From an uncultured Candidatus Binatia bacterium (GTDB lineage Bacteria; Desulfobacterota; Binatia; UBA9968; JAJDTQ01), in NCBI GenBank assembly GCA_965215605.1, contig OZ244070.1, forward strand, positions 2,848,001 through 2,912,000: a stretch of 64,000 nt of DNA, written 5' to 3'. The notes beneath the pieces are model-generated. The model ran no database searches and was not told the DNA's origin. It saw only the letters and a program-made list of their open reading frames with translations. Positions 27,982 to 37,816 of this stretch are shown one piece after another (position 1 is the stretch's first letter; every line of letters begins with the position of its first letter). Made by a program: the position numbers and the translations under genes.

Positions 27982-29517
27982 ATGTCCAGAATCACCCGAG
28001 GATACCTCCAGCGACAGCCCTCCGCCGCCGTCATCGGCAGCGGCTTCGGCGGGTTGGCCGCGGCCATCCGCCTCCAGGCCGCGGGTTTCCGCACGGTGGT
28101 CTTCGAGAAGCGGGACCTGCCGGGAGGCAGGGCTTATGTCTACCGCCAGGACGGCTTCACCTTCGACGCCGGCCCCACCGTCATCACGGCGCCGGAGTGC
28201 CTGGAGGAACTGTTCGCGCTGGCCGGCCGGAACATGCGCGAGCATGTCACGCTGGTGCCGGTGCGTCCGTTCTACCGCCTTTTCTGGGACGACGGCACGC
28301 GGTTCGACTACGGCAACGACGACGAGCAGACGTTCGCGCAGATCCGCGCCCGGTCGCCCGGCGACGTGCAGGGCTACCGTGACTTCCTGCGCTACTGCGA
28401 AGCGGTGTTCCGGGAAGGCTACGAGAAGCTCGGACACGTGCCGTTTCCGAACCTCTGGAGCATGGTCCGGGTGGCGCCGCAACTGGCGGCGCTGGCTTCC
28501 TACCGGTCGGTCTACGGCACCGTGTCCCGGTACATCCGGGACCCCCGGCTCCGTCAGGCCCTGAGCTTTCATTCGCTGCTGGTGGGCGGCAACCCCCTGA
28601 CGGCCTCTTCCATCTACACGTTGATCCACTACCTGGAGCGAAAGTGGGGCGTATGGTTCCCCATGGGCGGCACCGGCGCCCTGGTGCGCAGCTTGGTGCG
28701 GCTGTTCGAGGGCCTGGGCGGCGAGTTGAGGTTGGAGTCGGAGGTGGCGTCCATTCCAACGGACCGGGGCGGGGTCCGCGGCGTCGCGGTGCGGGACGCC
28801 GAGCCCGAGGCCTTCGACGTGGTGGTCAGCAACGCCGACGTCGTGCACACGTATGGCCGGCTGCTGGGGCACCACCGGGCGGGAGCGCGCGCCGCGCGCC
28901 GGCTCAGGCGCATGAAGCACGGCATGTCCCTGTTCCTGGTCTACTTCGGCACCCGCAGGCGCTACCCGGGCATCGAGCACCACAACATCCTGTTCGGGCC
29001 GCGCTACCGGGAACTGTTGGCGGACATCTTCGAGCGCGGGGTGCTGCCAGCGGACTTCTCGCTCTATCTGCACGCGCCGAGCTACACCGACCCGTCGCTT
29101 GCGCCGCCGGGCTGCCACGCCTACTACGTCCTCGCCCCGGTGCCCCACCTCGGCAAGGCGGACATCGACTGGGCGTCGGCGGCGCCGCGCTATGCCCGGC
29201 AACTGTTGTCCTGCCTGGAGGAACGGCTGATGCCCGGCCTCGCCGGCGACCTGGTGACGCAACGCATCTTCACCCCGCTGGATTTCAGCCAGGAACTGAA
29301 CGCCCATCTGGGCTCGGCCTTCTCCCTGGAGCCCCGGCTCACCCAGAGCGCCTGGTTCCGGGTGCACAACCGCGACCGGCGCATCCGGGGCCTGTACTTC
29401 GTGGGCGCCGGAACCCACCCCGGCGCCGGCGTGCCGGGCGTGATCAACTCCGCCAAGGCCACGGCCGGGATCATACTGGACGATTGGCGCGGCCGGCTGG
29501 ACGTACCGGCGCCATGA
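27982..29517 (+). CDS. crtI: Phytoene desaturase
   Basis: GSGFGGLA, FDAGPTVIT, LLVGGNP and YFVGAGTHPGAGVPGV motifs. Confidence 0.96.
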   Translation: MSRITRGYLQRQPSAAVIGSGFGGLAAAIRLQAAGFRTVVFEKRDLPGGRAYVYRQDGFTFDAGPTVITAPECLEELFALAGRNMREHVTLVPVRPFYRLFWDDGTRFDYGNDDEQTFAQIRARSPGDVQGYRDFLRYCEAVFREGYEKLGHVPFPNLWSMVRVAPQLAALASYRSVYGTVSRYIRDPRLRQALSFHSLLVGGNPLTASSIYTLIHYLERKWGVWFPMGGTGALVRSLVRLFEGLGGELRLESEVASIPTDRGGVRGVAVRDAEPEAFDVVVSNADVVHTYGRLLGHHRAGARAARRLRRMKHGMSLFLVYFGTRRRYPGIEHHNILFGPRYRELLADIFERGVLPADFSLYLHAPSYTDPSLAPPGCHAYYVLAPVPHLGKADIDWASAAPRYARQLLSCLEERLMPGLAGDLVTQRIFTPLDFSQELNAHLGSAFSLEPRLTQSAWFRVHNRDRRIRGLYFVGAGTHPGAGVPGVINSAKATAGIILDDWRGRLDVPAP

Positions 29518-30452
29518 GGTCCGCCATGCCGGACGACGTGGCCGGCGCCATCGAGCATTGCGCGGCCGTGATCCGGGACGGCTCCAAGAGCTTCGCCCTG
29601 GCCGCGCGGCTCTTCGACCGTGCCACCCTGAACGCCGCCGTCTCGCTCTACGGCTGGTGCCGGCACTGCGACGACCGGATCGACTCGGCCGGGAGCGAAC
29701 CGGCCGCCGCCCAACGCCTGGAGGAGCTTCGCCGCCGGACCGTGGATACCCTCGCCGGCCGGCCGCAAGGCGCTCCCGTCTTCATCGCGTTCCAGCATGT
29801 CGCGGCCGCGTACGGCGTGCCGCATCACTACCCGCTGGAGCTTATCGAAGGCATGGCCATGGACGCCCGCGGGCAGCGCTACGAGACCCTGGACGACCTG
29901 TTGCTCTACTGCTATCGCGTGGCCGGCACCGTGGGGCTGATGATGACCCACGTCATGGGGGTCAGCGACGAAAAGGCGCTGAGCCACGCCGCGGCCATGG
30001 GAACGGCCATGCAACTCACCAACATCGCCCGGGACGTCATCGAGGACCACGAGCGGGGACGCATCTACCTGCCGCTTTCCTGGCTGGCCGAGGCCGACCT
30101 TCCGCCCGAGGAGCTGGCCCTGGCCGCGCGGCGCCGCGAGCTCGCGGGCCTGGCCCGGCGGCTGCTGTCCGTGGCTGACGACTACTACCGTACGGGCGAC
30201 GCCGGCCTCCGCTACCTGCCCCTGCGCTCGGCGTGCGCGGTGGCCGCGGCGCGGCGGATCTACGCGGGCATCGGCGGCCGGGTGCTGCGGCGGAAGGAAC
30301 GGGCCTGGGACGGCCGGACCTACACCACCGGCCCGCGCAAGCTGGCGCTGGCCGCCCGGGGGTTGGGCCAGGTGGCCGCCACGCTGCCCCGAAGGGTCGC
30401 GCATCCGTGGTCCGCGGCGCCCATCCGCGCGGTGTGGCGCTTCTCGCCATGA
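29514..30452 (+). CDS. crtB: Phytoene synthase
   Basis: SKSFALA, WCRHCDDRID, YCYRVAGTVG and QLTNIARDVIED..RGRIYLP motifs. Confidence 0.96.
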   Translation: MRSAMPDDVAGAIEHCAAVIRDGSKSFALAARLFDRATLNAAVSLYGWCRHCDDRIDSAGSEPAAAQRLEELRRRTVDTLAGRPQGAPVFIAFQHVAAAYGVPHHYPLELIEGMAMDARGQRYETLDDLLLYCYRVAGTVGLMMTHVMGVSDEKALSHAAAMGTAMQLTNIARDVIEDHERGRIYLPLSWLAEADLPPEELALAARRRELAGLARRLLSVADDYYRTGDAGLRYLPLRSACAVAAARRIYAGIGGRVLRRKERAWDGRTYTTGPRKLALAARGLGQVAATLPRRVAHPWSAAPIRAVWRFSP

Positions 30453-31960
30453 AGTCTTTGCTGAGGACATGGATCCGCGGGCGGCTGCACGGTTATCGGG
30501 AGCTGGTCAATCAGGTGGACCCTTCCAAACCGCTCCGGGGCGGGCCGGCTCGGACCGTGGCGGTGGTGGGAGGCGGCCTCGCCGGCATCGCGGCGGCTTC
30601 GGTGCTGGGAGAGCGTGGTTTTGGCGTCCGCCTGTTCGAACGCAATTCCTACCTCGGAGGCAAGGTGGGGAGTTGGACGGTGGAGTTCCCGGACGGCTTC
30701 CGCGCCCGGGTGGACCACGGCTTCCACGCCTTCTTCCGCCACTACTACAACCTGTCGCGGTTCCTGGAAAAGACCGGCGCCAGCCGTCATCTCGAGGCCA
30801 TCGAGGATTACCTGATCCTTGGCCGGGACGGGCGCCGGTACGGTTTCGCCGGGGTGGAGACGACCCCGGTCCTCAACATCCTTTCCCTGATGCGCCGTGG
30901 ATTCTTTGGTCTGAGGGACGTGGCCTTCAACCCGCGGCTGGCGGGGTTGCGCGCGTTGCTGCGGTTCGACCTGCGCCGCACGTTCGAGGAATGGGACGGC
31001 GTCAGCTACGATGAATTCGCCGCCCGGGTCCGGCTTCCCGAGGGATTGAAGCTGGTGTTCGGCGCCTTCGCCAGGGCTTTCTTCACTCCGGGAGACCGCA
31101 TCAGCGCCGCGGAGCTCATCAAGAGCTTCCACTTCTTCTATCTCGCCCATGACCGCGGCCTGTTGTACGACTACTTCGACCGCGACTACCAGGAGGCGTT
31201 GATCGAGCCGGTGACGGCGCGGCTCTCGGCCGCGGGGGTCCGGGTGGAGACGGGCACGCCGGTGGAGAGTCTGGGGCGCGGGGACGGGCGATTCATGGTC
31301 AACGGGCAGCCGTTCGATTACGTGGTGCTGGCCGCGGACACGGCGGGGACGCGGCGGTTGGCCGAGCGGTCGGCTTGGTTGCGCAAGAACGCGCCGGAGT
31401 TGCACCGGCGGCTGACCGGGCTGCGATCGTCGTCCGGGTACGCGATTCTGCGCGTCTGGCTCGACCGGCGCGCCGGCGAGGACTGGCCCGTGTTCGTGGT
31501 CACCGAGAAACGGCAGGTGCTGGACTCGGTGACCCTCTACCACCGGTTCGACGCCGGCGCCCGTGAGTGGGCCGGGAAGACCGGAGGAGGGGTCTACGAG
31601 CTCCATTGCTACGCGGTGCCGCCCGAGCTGCCCGCCGAAGCCGAGGTCCGGGAGGCGTTTCTGCGGGAGCTGCATCACTACCTGCCGGCCCTGCGGGACG
31701 CCCGCGTGCTGTACGAGCACCTCCAGCTCCGCCGCGACTTCACCGCCTTCGACCGCAACCTCTACGACGAGCGGCCGTGGTACGATCCCGGCGTGCCCAA
31801 CCTCTATCTGGCCGGGGACTGGGTGAAGCTGCCGGTGCCGGCCATGCTGATGGAAGCGGCGTTCACCTCGGGCCTCATGAGCGCCAACGCGGTGCTGGCA
31901 GCCAACGGGTTGCGGGAAGAACCGGTGTGGTCCGTGCCGCGCAAGGGCATCCTGGCTTGA
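30449..31960 (+). CDS. crtU: CrtU-like carotene desaturase/methyl-shifting enzyme (isorenieratene synthase type)
   Basis: GGGLAG, HGFHAFFRHYYNL, ELHCYA, LAGDWV and LMEAA motifs; lies inside the crt operon. Confidence 0.75.
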   Translation: MKSLLRTWIRGRLHGYRELVNQVDPSKPLRGGPARTVAVVGGGLAGIAAASVLGERGFGVRLFERNSYLGGKVGSWTVEFPDGFRARVDHGFHAFFRHYYNLSRFLEKTGASRHLEAIEDYLILGRDGRRYGFAGVETTPVLNILSLMRRGFFGLRDVAFNPRLAGLRALLRFDLRRTFEEWDGVSYDEFAARVRLPEGLKLVFGAFARAFFTPGDRISAAELIKSFHFFYLAHDRGLLYDYFDRDYQEALIEPVTARLSAAGVRVETGTPVESLGRGDGRFMVNGQPFDYVVLAADTAGTRRLAERSAWLRKNAPELHRRLTGLRSSSGYAILRVWLDRRAGEDWPVFVVTEKRQVLDSVTLYHRFDAGAREWAGKTGGGVYELHCYAVPPELPAEAEVREAFLRELHHYLPALRDARVLYEHLQLRRDFTAFDRNLYDERPWYDPGVPNLYLAGDWVKLPVPAMLMEAAFTSGLMSANAVLAANGLREEPVWSVPRKGILA

Positions 31961-31963
31961 GAC

Positions 31964-32695
31964 ATGCGCTACACCTACCTCGCCATCGATCTTCTCATCC
32001 TGATCGTTCCCCTGCTCTACACGTTCCACCCGCGCATCCGGTACGACCGATGCATCCCCGCCCTTGCCCTGTCGGTGGCAGTGGTGAGTCCTTGCTATCT
32101 CGCGTGGGACGCGCTGGCGGCGGGCTGGGGAGAATGGAGTTTCAATCCTCGATACGTGACCGGCCTCGATATCCTGGGCCTGCCGGCGGAGGAGGTCCTT
32201 TTCTTCGTGGTGGTGCCCTACAGTTGCCTGTTCATCTACGAGGCATTGGGCCGCTTGCGCTGGCGCCGGGCGCTGCCGTTGCGGCGGAGGTGGCTCACCG
32301 CCGCGGCCCTGCTCCTGGCGCTGCCGGCGCTGCTCTCGGCCAGCCGCGGCTACACCTGGAAGGCGCTGGGGTCGTGTGCCGGATTCCTCTTGTGCGGCCC
32401 CTTCGTCAAGCGGGATTTCATCACCGGCGCACGCTACTGGGTCTGGCTCGGAATCTGTTACATTCCTTTCCTGGTGTTCAATTCCGTCCTCACCCTGCTG
32501 CCGGTGGTGGAGTACGACGCCGGCGCCATCCTGGGTCCCCGGGTGGGGACCATCCCGGTGGAAGATTTTCTCTACAACTACTCGTTGCTGTCGTTCTACG
32601 GGTTGTTTTACGCCCGGTTCAGGGATGGGTCCGGACGGCGGGAAGCCGGACGAATCGTCCCCAAGGCCGGAGGTGCGCACCTTGACGCGAGGTGA
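31964..32695 (+). CDS. Membrane lycopene cyclase (fused CrtYc/Yd type)
   Basis: Two repeats with LPAEE and IPVED (PxE(E/D)) motifs; highly hydrophobic. Confidence 0.88.
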   Translation: MRYTYLAIDLLILIVPLLYTFHPRIRYDRCIPALALSVAVVSPCYLAWDALAAGWGEWSFNPRYVTGLDILGLPAEEVLFFVVVPYSCLFIYEALGRLRWRRALPLRRRWLTAAALLLALPALLSASRGYTWKALGSCAGFLLCGPFVKRDFITGARYWVWLGICYIPFLVFNSVLTLLPVVEYDAGAILGPRVGTIPVEDFLYNYSLLSFYGLFYARFRDGSGRREAGRIVPKAGGAHLDAR

Positions 32696-33797
32696 CGCCA
32701 ACGAGGGTATAGCGGGGGCAGGCACGAGGCCGGACATCGGAGGCCGTGAGCCCGTTCGCGAAGCCTCCATAAACCCCGATCACTGGTACGCGGTGGCCCG
32801 GACCGACGAGGTGCGCCGCGAACCGCTGGGGGCGGCGATATGGGACCGGCCCGTGTGCGTTTTCCGCGACGCGGGCGGTGCCGTGCGCGCGCTGGAAGAC
32901 CGCTGTCCGCACCGTCGGGTGCGCCTGAGCCTCGGACGGGTGACAGGCGACGGCATCGAGTGCGGCTACCACGGCTGGCGGTTCACGAACGACGGCCGGT
33001 GCTTGCACGTTCCGGGCCTGGACCCGGCGAGGATCCCCGAGGGCGCGCACGCGAAGGTTCTTCCCGTCCGAGAGCAGGACGGTTTCGTGTGGGTCTTCCC
33101 GGGCCGCCGGGAGTCGGCGGAGAGCGTGCGGCCCATGCCGATGCCGGAATGGGACGATCTCGACTTCATCGCCAGCGTCGCCCCCATGTCCTGTGAAGCC
33201 CACTTCTCGTTCGTCATCGAGAACCTCATGGACATGTACCACGACCGCCTGCACCAGCGGCACCAACCCTGGAGCGCCGGTGCCCTCCTGGAGGTGACCC
33301 GGGGCGAGGGCCGGGTGGAGGCCCGCTATTCCGCCACCGCCTACTACCGGATCGACCGCATCTGGTCGGCACTGCAGTTGGCGCTGCCGGCGCTGCGCAG
33401 GCCCCACCCCGCGCCGCTGGTGGTGACCTACGAGTACCCCCACTGGAAGGCCCGGCTGGGAGACGACTTCACGCTCTACGGGGTATTTTGTCCGGCGGGT
33501 CCGCGCCGGACACGGGTCCATCTGGTGCATTTCACCTCGCTGCACCGTCTGGACTCCTTCAGGAAGGCGCCCGCGTCCGTTCGGCGGGCGGTGAAGCGGT
33601 GCCTCCACAACATCGCCCGAGGGCTGCTGAAACGGCTCATCGACCAGGACGTTCCCATGGTCGAGGAGGAGCAACGGGCGTACGACGGGGCGCCGGAGCG
33701 CCAGCCGCTGGAACTGAACCGGACCCTCCATGCGGTGCAACGGCTGGTCCGGAACGAGGCCCGGCGGGCCGCGCGGGCTTCGCAGCAGGGACGTTAA
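32682..33797 (+). CDS. Rieske non-heme iron oxygenase
   Basis: CPH...CGYH Rieske motif and ENLMDMYHxxLH mononuclear iron motif. TTG start after GGAGGT, overlapping the cyclase end. Confidence 0.88.
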   Translation: MTRGDANEGIAGAGTRPDIGGREPVREASINPDHWYAVARTDEVRREPLGAAIWDRPVCVFRDAGGAVRALEDRCPHRRVRLSLGRVTGDGIECGYHGWRFTNDGRCLHVPGLDPARIPEGAHAKVLPVREQDGFVWVFPGRRESAESVRPMPMPEWDDLDFIASVAPMSCEAHFSFVIENLMDMYHDRLHQRHQPWSAGALLEVTRGEGRVEARYSATAYYRIDRIWSALQLALPALRRPHPAPLVVTYEYPHWKARLGDDFTLYGVFCPAGPRRTRVHLVHFTSLHRLDSFRKAPASVRRAVKRCLHNIARGLLKRLIDQDVPMVEEEQRAYDGAPERQPLELNRTLHAVQRLVRNEARRAARASQQGR

Positions 33798-33894
33798 GCG
33801 GTAAGATGGAAGCATGGACCGCCGCCCGTGGCTCCGGACATCCTTCGGCCACTGGGGCCGCGAAACCAAAGTCGGGCCGGCCTGGAGGTGTCTT

Positions 33895-34884
33895 GTGAGA
33901 AAGAGGGGTCTCCTTGTCATTCTCGCTCTCGTGCTGGCGCTTCCGGCGCACGCTCGCGGCCAGGAGTTTTCCGCCGAGACCTTCAATTCCGTGGTGAAGG
34001 TGCGGGCGGAGGTTCCCGGGGCCGCGCGCACCGCGGCTTCACTGGGGCCGCTGCGTGAGGGCAGCGGCGTCGTCATCGACTCTGGCGGTCTCATCCTCAC
34101 CATCGGCTACCTGATCCTCGAGGCGTCGCGGGTCGAGGTGACCGATTTCGCCGGGAAGACGGTGCCGGCCAGGATCCTGGGTTACGATCACGCCACGGGT
34201 TTCGGGCTGCTCCGGGCCCGCTCTTCGGCGGCGGCGGCTGCCCGGCCGTTGCCGTTGGGGTTGTCCAAGGACCTGGCCCGGGGCGCGGAGGTGCTGATCC
34301 TGAGCTGGGCCGAGAAAGGGCCGTCGGGGCAGGGCGCCTACGTGGTATCGCGCCGGGAGTTCGCCGGTTACTGGGAATACCTCCTGGAACGGGCGATTTT
34401 CACCGCGCCGCACAACGCCAACTTCGGCGGCGCCGCGTTGATCGACAAGGGAGGCAGCCTGCTGGGCATCGGCTCGCTTCAGGTGCCGCAGGCGATTCCC
34501 GGTCAACCCGTGCCGGGCAACATGTTCGTGCCCATCGACCTGCTCAAGCCGATTCTTTCGGACCTCACACGGAAGGGGAGATCCGGCGCCAGCCCCAGGC
34601 CCTGGCTGGGCGCCCAGATGGAAGAAGCGGGTGGACACGTCATCGTCCGTCGTGTATCCAAGGGAGGGCCGGCCGCGCGGTACGGACTCAAAACGGGCGA
34701 CCTTGTGGCGGGAGTCGGGGGAGTCGCCGTGAAGGGGCTCGCGGACGTGTACCGCAAGATCTGGGCCTTGGGCGCTCCCGGGGTCAGCGTGCCGCTCAAC
34801 ATCCTCAAAGGGGTTCGCGTCGAGGAGGTGCGGGTCGTGTCCGGCGACCGCTACGACTACTTGCGACTGGACCCAAGCCATTGA
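33895..34884 (+). CDS. S1C (HtrA-like) trypsin-fold plus PDZ protein with degenerate catalytic triad
   Basis: GSGVVID, TIGYL (His to Tyr), NFGGAAL (no Ser) and a C-terminal PDZ (PWLG); signal peptide. Confidence 0.8.
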   Translation: MRKRGLLVILALVLALPAHARGQEFSAETFNSVVKVRAEVPGAARTAASLGPLREGSGVVIDSGGLILTIGYLILEASRVEVTDFAGKTVPARILGYDHATGFGLLRARSSAAAAARPLPLGLSKDLARGAEVLILSWAEKGPSGQGAYVVSRREFAGYWEYLLERAIFTAPHNANFGGAALIDKGGSLLGIGSLQVPQAIPGQPVPGNMFVPIDLLKPILSDLTRKGRSGASPRPWLGAQMEEAGGHVIVRRVSKGGPAARYGLKTGDLVAGVGGVAVKGLADVYRKIWALGAPGVSVPLNILKGVRVEEVRVVSGDRYDYLRLDPSH

Positions 34885-34948
34885 ACCGCGGCGTCGGTCC
34901 GGGGCTCTCCCGAGCGCCGATGACGCGGTTGCCGCCAAGGGAGAGACC

Positions 34949-35806
34949 GTGACCTTGACCGAACGCCGCCGACAGTTTCGCCAGCTCCTCCAGGGTTCGG
35001 GTTGCATCCACCCGGCGTCGGTGTTCGATCCGGTATCGGCCCGGCTCGCCGAGGCAGCCGGCTTCGAGACCGGCATGCTGGCGGGCTCCATTGCCTCGGC
35101 CACGGTGCTGGGCGCCCCGGACATCGTGGTGCTGACCCTGACGGAGCTGGCGGAGCAGGCCCGCCGCATCGTCCGGGCCGGCGGGCTGCCGCTGATGGTG
35201 GACGCGGACCACGGCTACGGCAACGCCCTCAGCGTCATGCGGACGGTGGCCGAGCTGGAGGGCGCGGGAGTGGCTGCCCTGACCATCGAGGACACGCGGC
35301 TTCCCAGGGGTTTCGGCGCGCGGCGGGACGAGTTCATTTCGCTGGAGGAGTTCGCCGGCAAGATGCGCGCGGCCGTGGCGGCGCGGTCGGATCCGGCGCT
35401 GGTGATCCTGGGGCGGACCGGCGTGCTGCCGGCCCAGGGCGAGGCGGCGCTGGCGGAACGCGTGAAGGCGTGCGAAGAGGCGGGCGCCGACGGCGTCTTC
35501 TTCACCGGCGTCCGCTCCCGCGAGCAGGTGGCTGCCATCCACGCCATGACCGGCCTGCCGGTGGTGCTGGGCACCACTCCGCCGGAACTCCATGACCGGG
35601 AGTTTCTGGCTGCCAACGGCGTCCGCATCGCCCTCCAGGGCCACATGCCGTTCCAGGTGTCGGTGCAGGCCCTCCAGGCGTCTTACGCGCACCTGCGCGC
35701 CGGGCGCCCGCCCGCCGGGCTCAAGGAGCAGGCCGCCTCCCCGGCGTTGATGAAGCTCGTGCTGGGCCAGGATCGATACGACGCGTGGACCGACGAGTTC
35801 CTGTAG
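34949..35806 (+). CDS. Isocitrate lyase/PEP mutase family, oxaloacetate decarboxylase-like
   Basis: SVFDPVSAR, DADHGYGNA and TIED motifs. It lacks the KCGH loop of lyases. Confidence 0.82.
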   Translation: MTLTERRRQFRQLLQGSGCIHPASVFDPVSARLAEAAGFETGMLAGSIASATVLGAPDIVVLTLTELAEQARRIVRAGGLPLMVDADHGYGNALSVMRTVAELEGAGVAALTIEDTRLPRGFGARRDEFISLEEFAGKMRAAVAARSDPALVILGRTGVLPAQGEAALAERVKACEEAGADGVFFTGVRSREQVAAIHAMTGLPVVLGTTPPELHDREFLAANGVRIALQGHMPFQVSVQALQASYAHLRAGRPPAGLKEQAASPALMKLVLGQDRYDAWTDEFL

Positions 35807-35814
35807 TCCCGAGT

Positions 35815-35942
35815 CCGTCATCCCGCAATAGCCTCAGTCACGCCGATGTGCCCTCCGTACCCCCCGGACTTCGGGCCAAGCCCGGGGCACGCTTGATCCG
35901 GGGTCCAGGAGCGACGGAGCGGGGAGACTCGCGGAGACTCGC
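35815..35942. repeat. Nested palindromic element plus 10-bp tandem repeat
   Basis: CCCCGGA...TCCGGGGTCCAG stem interrupted by a CGGGC/GCCCG hairpin. GGAGACTCGC occurs twice at 35923-35942. The GTCATCCC start resembles the dRS3-like family. Confidence 0.5.
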
Positions 35943-35967
35943 GGATTCACGAAGGAGGTAGAGTAAC

Positions 35968-37200
35968 ATTCAAACCTCAACCGCCACGAGGACGCAGCGC
36001 ATCGGCCAGGTCGCCCTAGGCTTTCTGCACATGGGTTTCAATCGCGGCATTCGGGGCACCTACGCGGTGTTCTATGTCGCCCTGTTTCGGGCCTTCGGGT
36101 GGTCCCGCGGGGTCACCGCCACGGCGTTGTCCATCTCGGTCCTGGTGGAAGGGATATCCATGCCGGTGGCGGGCTCCCTGGTGGATCGCTGGGGGTCGCG
36201 CAAGACCCTGGTGCTGGGGGGGTTGCTGCTCGCCGTGGGACTGGGGTTCAGCGGCACGGTCTCGTCGTTGTGGCAGCTTTATCTCTGGGTCGGGGTGGTC
36301 ACGGCGCTGGGCCTCGGCCTCATGGGCATGGTGCCCCACGTGGCCATCATCGCCCGGCAGTTCACCCGGCGCCGGGGACTGGCCATGGGGCTGGCGTGGG
36401 CCGGCGGAGGCCTCGGCATCGCCGCGCTCCTGCCAGTGGCCCAGTTCCTGATAGACATCTGGGGTTGGCGGCTGGCCTACGTGGGCATGGGGGTCATGGC
36501 CTTCCTGTTCGTCGTGTTGCCCTCGGGCGTTCTGATGCCACGGGACAAGCCCGCGCCGAAGGAAACCGCCGAACAATCCGCGGCGGAGGCCGGCGAGTGG
36601 ACCGTCTGGGAGGCGCTCACCAGCACCATGTTCTGGTTGCTCTTCGTCTCGCGGGTGGTCGCCAGCATGGGCAACCAGGTCATCACCAACCATCAGGTGG
36701 CCCATGCCATCGACATCGGCTACAGCCCGATTTTCGCGGCCGCCGTCCTGGGTCTGATGGGCGTGTTCAGCATCTTCGGCAGGGTCCTCTTCGGCTACCT
36801 GACCGACGTGCTGAGCCACCAGTGGGTGTACACGCTGGTCCAGGCGGTTTCGTCGGCGGGGATCCTGGCGCTGGTGGCGGCGGACAGCACCGAATACCCC
36901 GTATTGCTCTACCTGTACGCGGCCTGCTACGGACTCGGCCAGGGATCCAGGGCGCTGGTGTTGTCGGCCATCTCCGCCGATGTCTTCCTCGGCCGCAACT
37001 TCGGGGCCATCTACGGCTACTTCACCATGAGCATCGGATTCGGCGGCGCGGTGGGGATATGGCTCGGGGGCTACCTGCACGACGTCTACGGCAACTACAC
37101 GGTGCCGTTCATGATCGCTTTCGGAAACTTCATGGTCTCCATCCTGATGGTGTGGGGGATTCGTTTCCTGAAGGGCACGCGGGAACAGGCGTTCAGATGA
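35968..37200 (+). CDS. MFS transporter (MCT/OFA-like); probable ATT start, first ATG at 36031
   Basis: GSLVDRWGSR motif A, RRGLAMG and GYLHDVYGNY; about 12 hydrophobic segments. Confidence 0.88.
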   Translation: MQTSTATRTQRIGQVALGFLHMGFNRGIRGTYAVFYVALFRAFGWSRGVTATALSISVLVEGISMPVAGSLVDRWGSRKTLVLGGLLLAVGLGFSGTVSSLWQLYLWVGVVTALGLGLMGMVPHVAIIARQFTRRRGLAMGLAWAGGGLGIAALLPVAQFLIDIWGWRLAYVGMGVMAFLFVVLPSGVLMPRDKPAPKETAEQSAAEAGEWTVWEALTSTMFWLLFVSRVVASMGNQVITNHQVAHAIDIGYSPIFAAAVLGLMGVFSIFGRVLFGYLTDVLSHQWVYTLVQAVSSAGILALVAADSTEYPVLLYLYAACYGLGQGSRALVLSAISADVFLGRNFGAIYGYFTMSIGFGGAVGIWLGGYLHDVYGNYTVPFMIAFGNFMVSILMVWGIRFLKGTREQAFR

Positions 37201-37247
37201 GTCGCGGCGTGGCTGCTCAGACGCCGTTATCCATGCGGTGATTGCGG

Positions 37248-37694
37248 ATGTTCTACCGGTTCGAATTCGAGGCGGCCTTCTATCCCGCCCTGGAGCGGGT
37301 GCCGTTCCACGTGAGGATGAAGCTCGACCTGGCAGGCGTCCGCGTGTCGTTGAACACCTGGCGCGCGTTCAGCATGGAAGAGCGCCGGGTGTTGTGCCAT
37401 CTCCCGGCGGACACGGACGAGGAGAAAGAAGTGTTCGCCGCGTTCCTCTCGGCCCTGGCGCCGGCCCGGGCGGGAGTCGAGGCCGAGCGTTGTCCGCCGC
37501 TGGACGCGGACGAGTGGGCTGTGCCCGAGACCGTAGCGGTGCGTAGCGAAGCGGAGGGAGTGCGCGTGACCCCCGCCGAGTGGAGCCGCTGGGCGGGTCA
37601 CGAACGTTATGCCCTCCACAAGACCGCCCTGTCCAAGGACCCCACGCTGTTCCAACAGGCGCTCAAGGAATTGCGGCAGAGGCTCAGCTCCTGA
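37248..37694 (+). CDS. Nitrate-reductase-associated family protein
   Basis: FEFE...VPFHVRMKLDLAGV.VSL..W and W......RYALHK pattern; next to Moco genes. Confidence 0.7.
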   Translation: MFYRFEFEAAFYPALERVPFHVRMKLDLAGVRVSLNTWRAFSMEERRVLCHLPADTDEEKEVFAAFLSALAPARAGVEAERCPPLDADEWAVPETVAVRSEAEGVRVTPAEWSRWAGHERYALHKTALSKDPTLFQQALKELRQRLSS

Positions 37695-37816
37695 CCAGTC
37701 TATACAGGCCGTCCCCGGTCCCCATCTCCGCTTGTGCTCGTGCAACCATCGTGAAATCATTCAGTTGAGTTCCGCGGGAGTATGGTCTCCCATGGGGCTC
37801 CGAGGCAAACCGGCGA

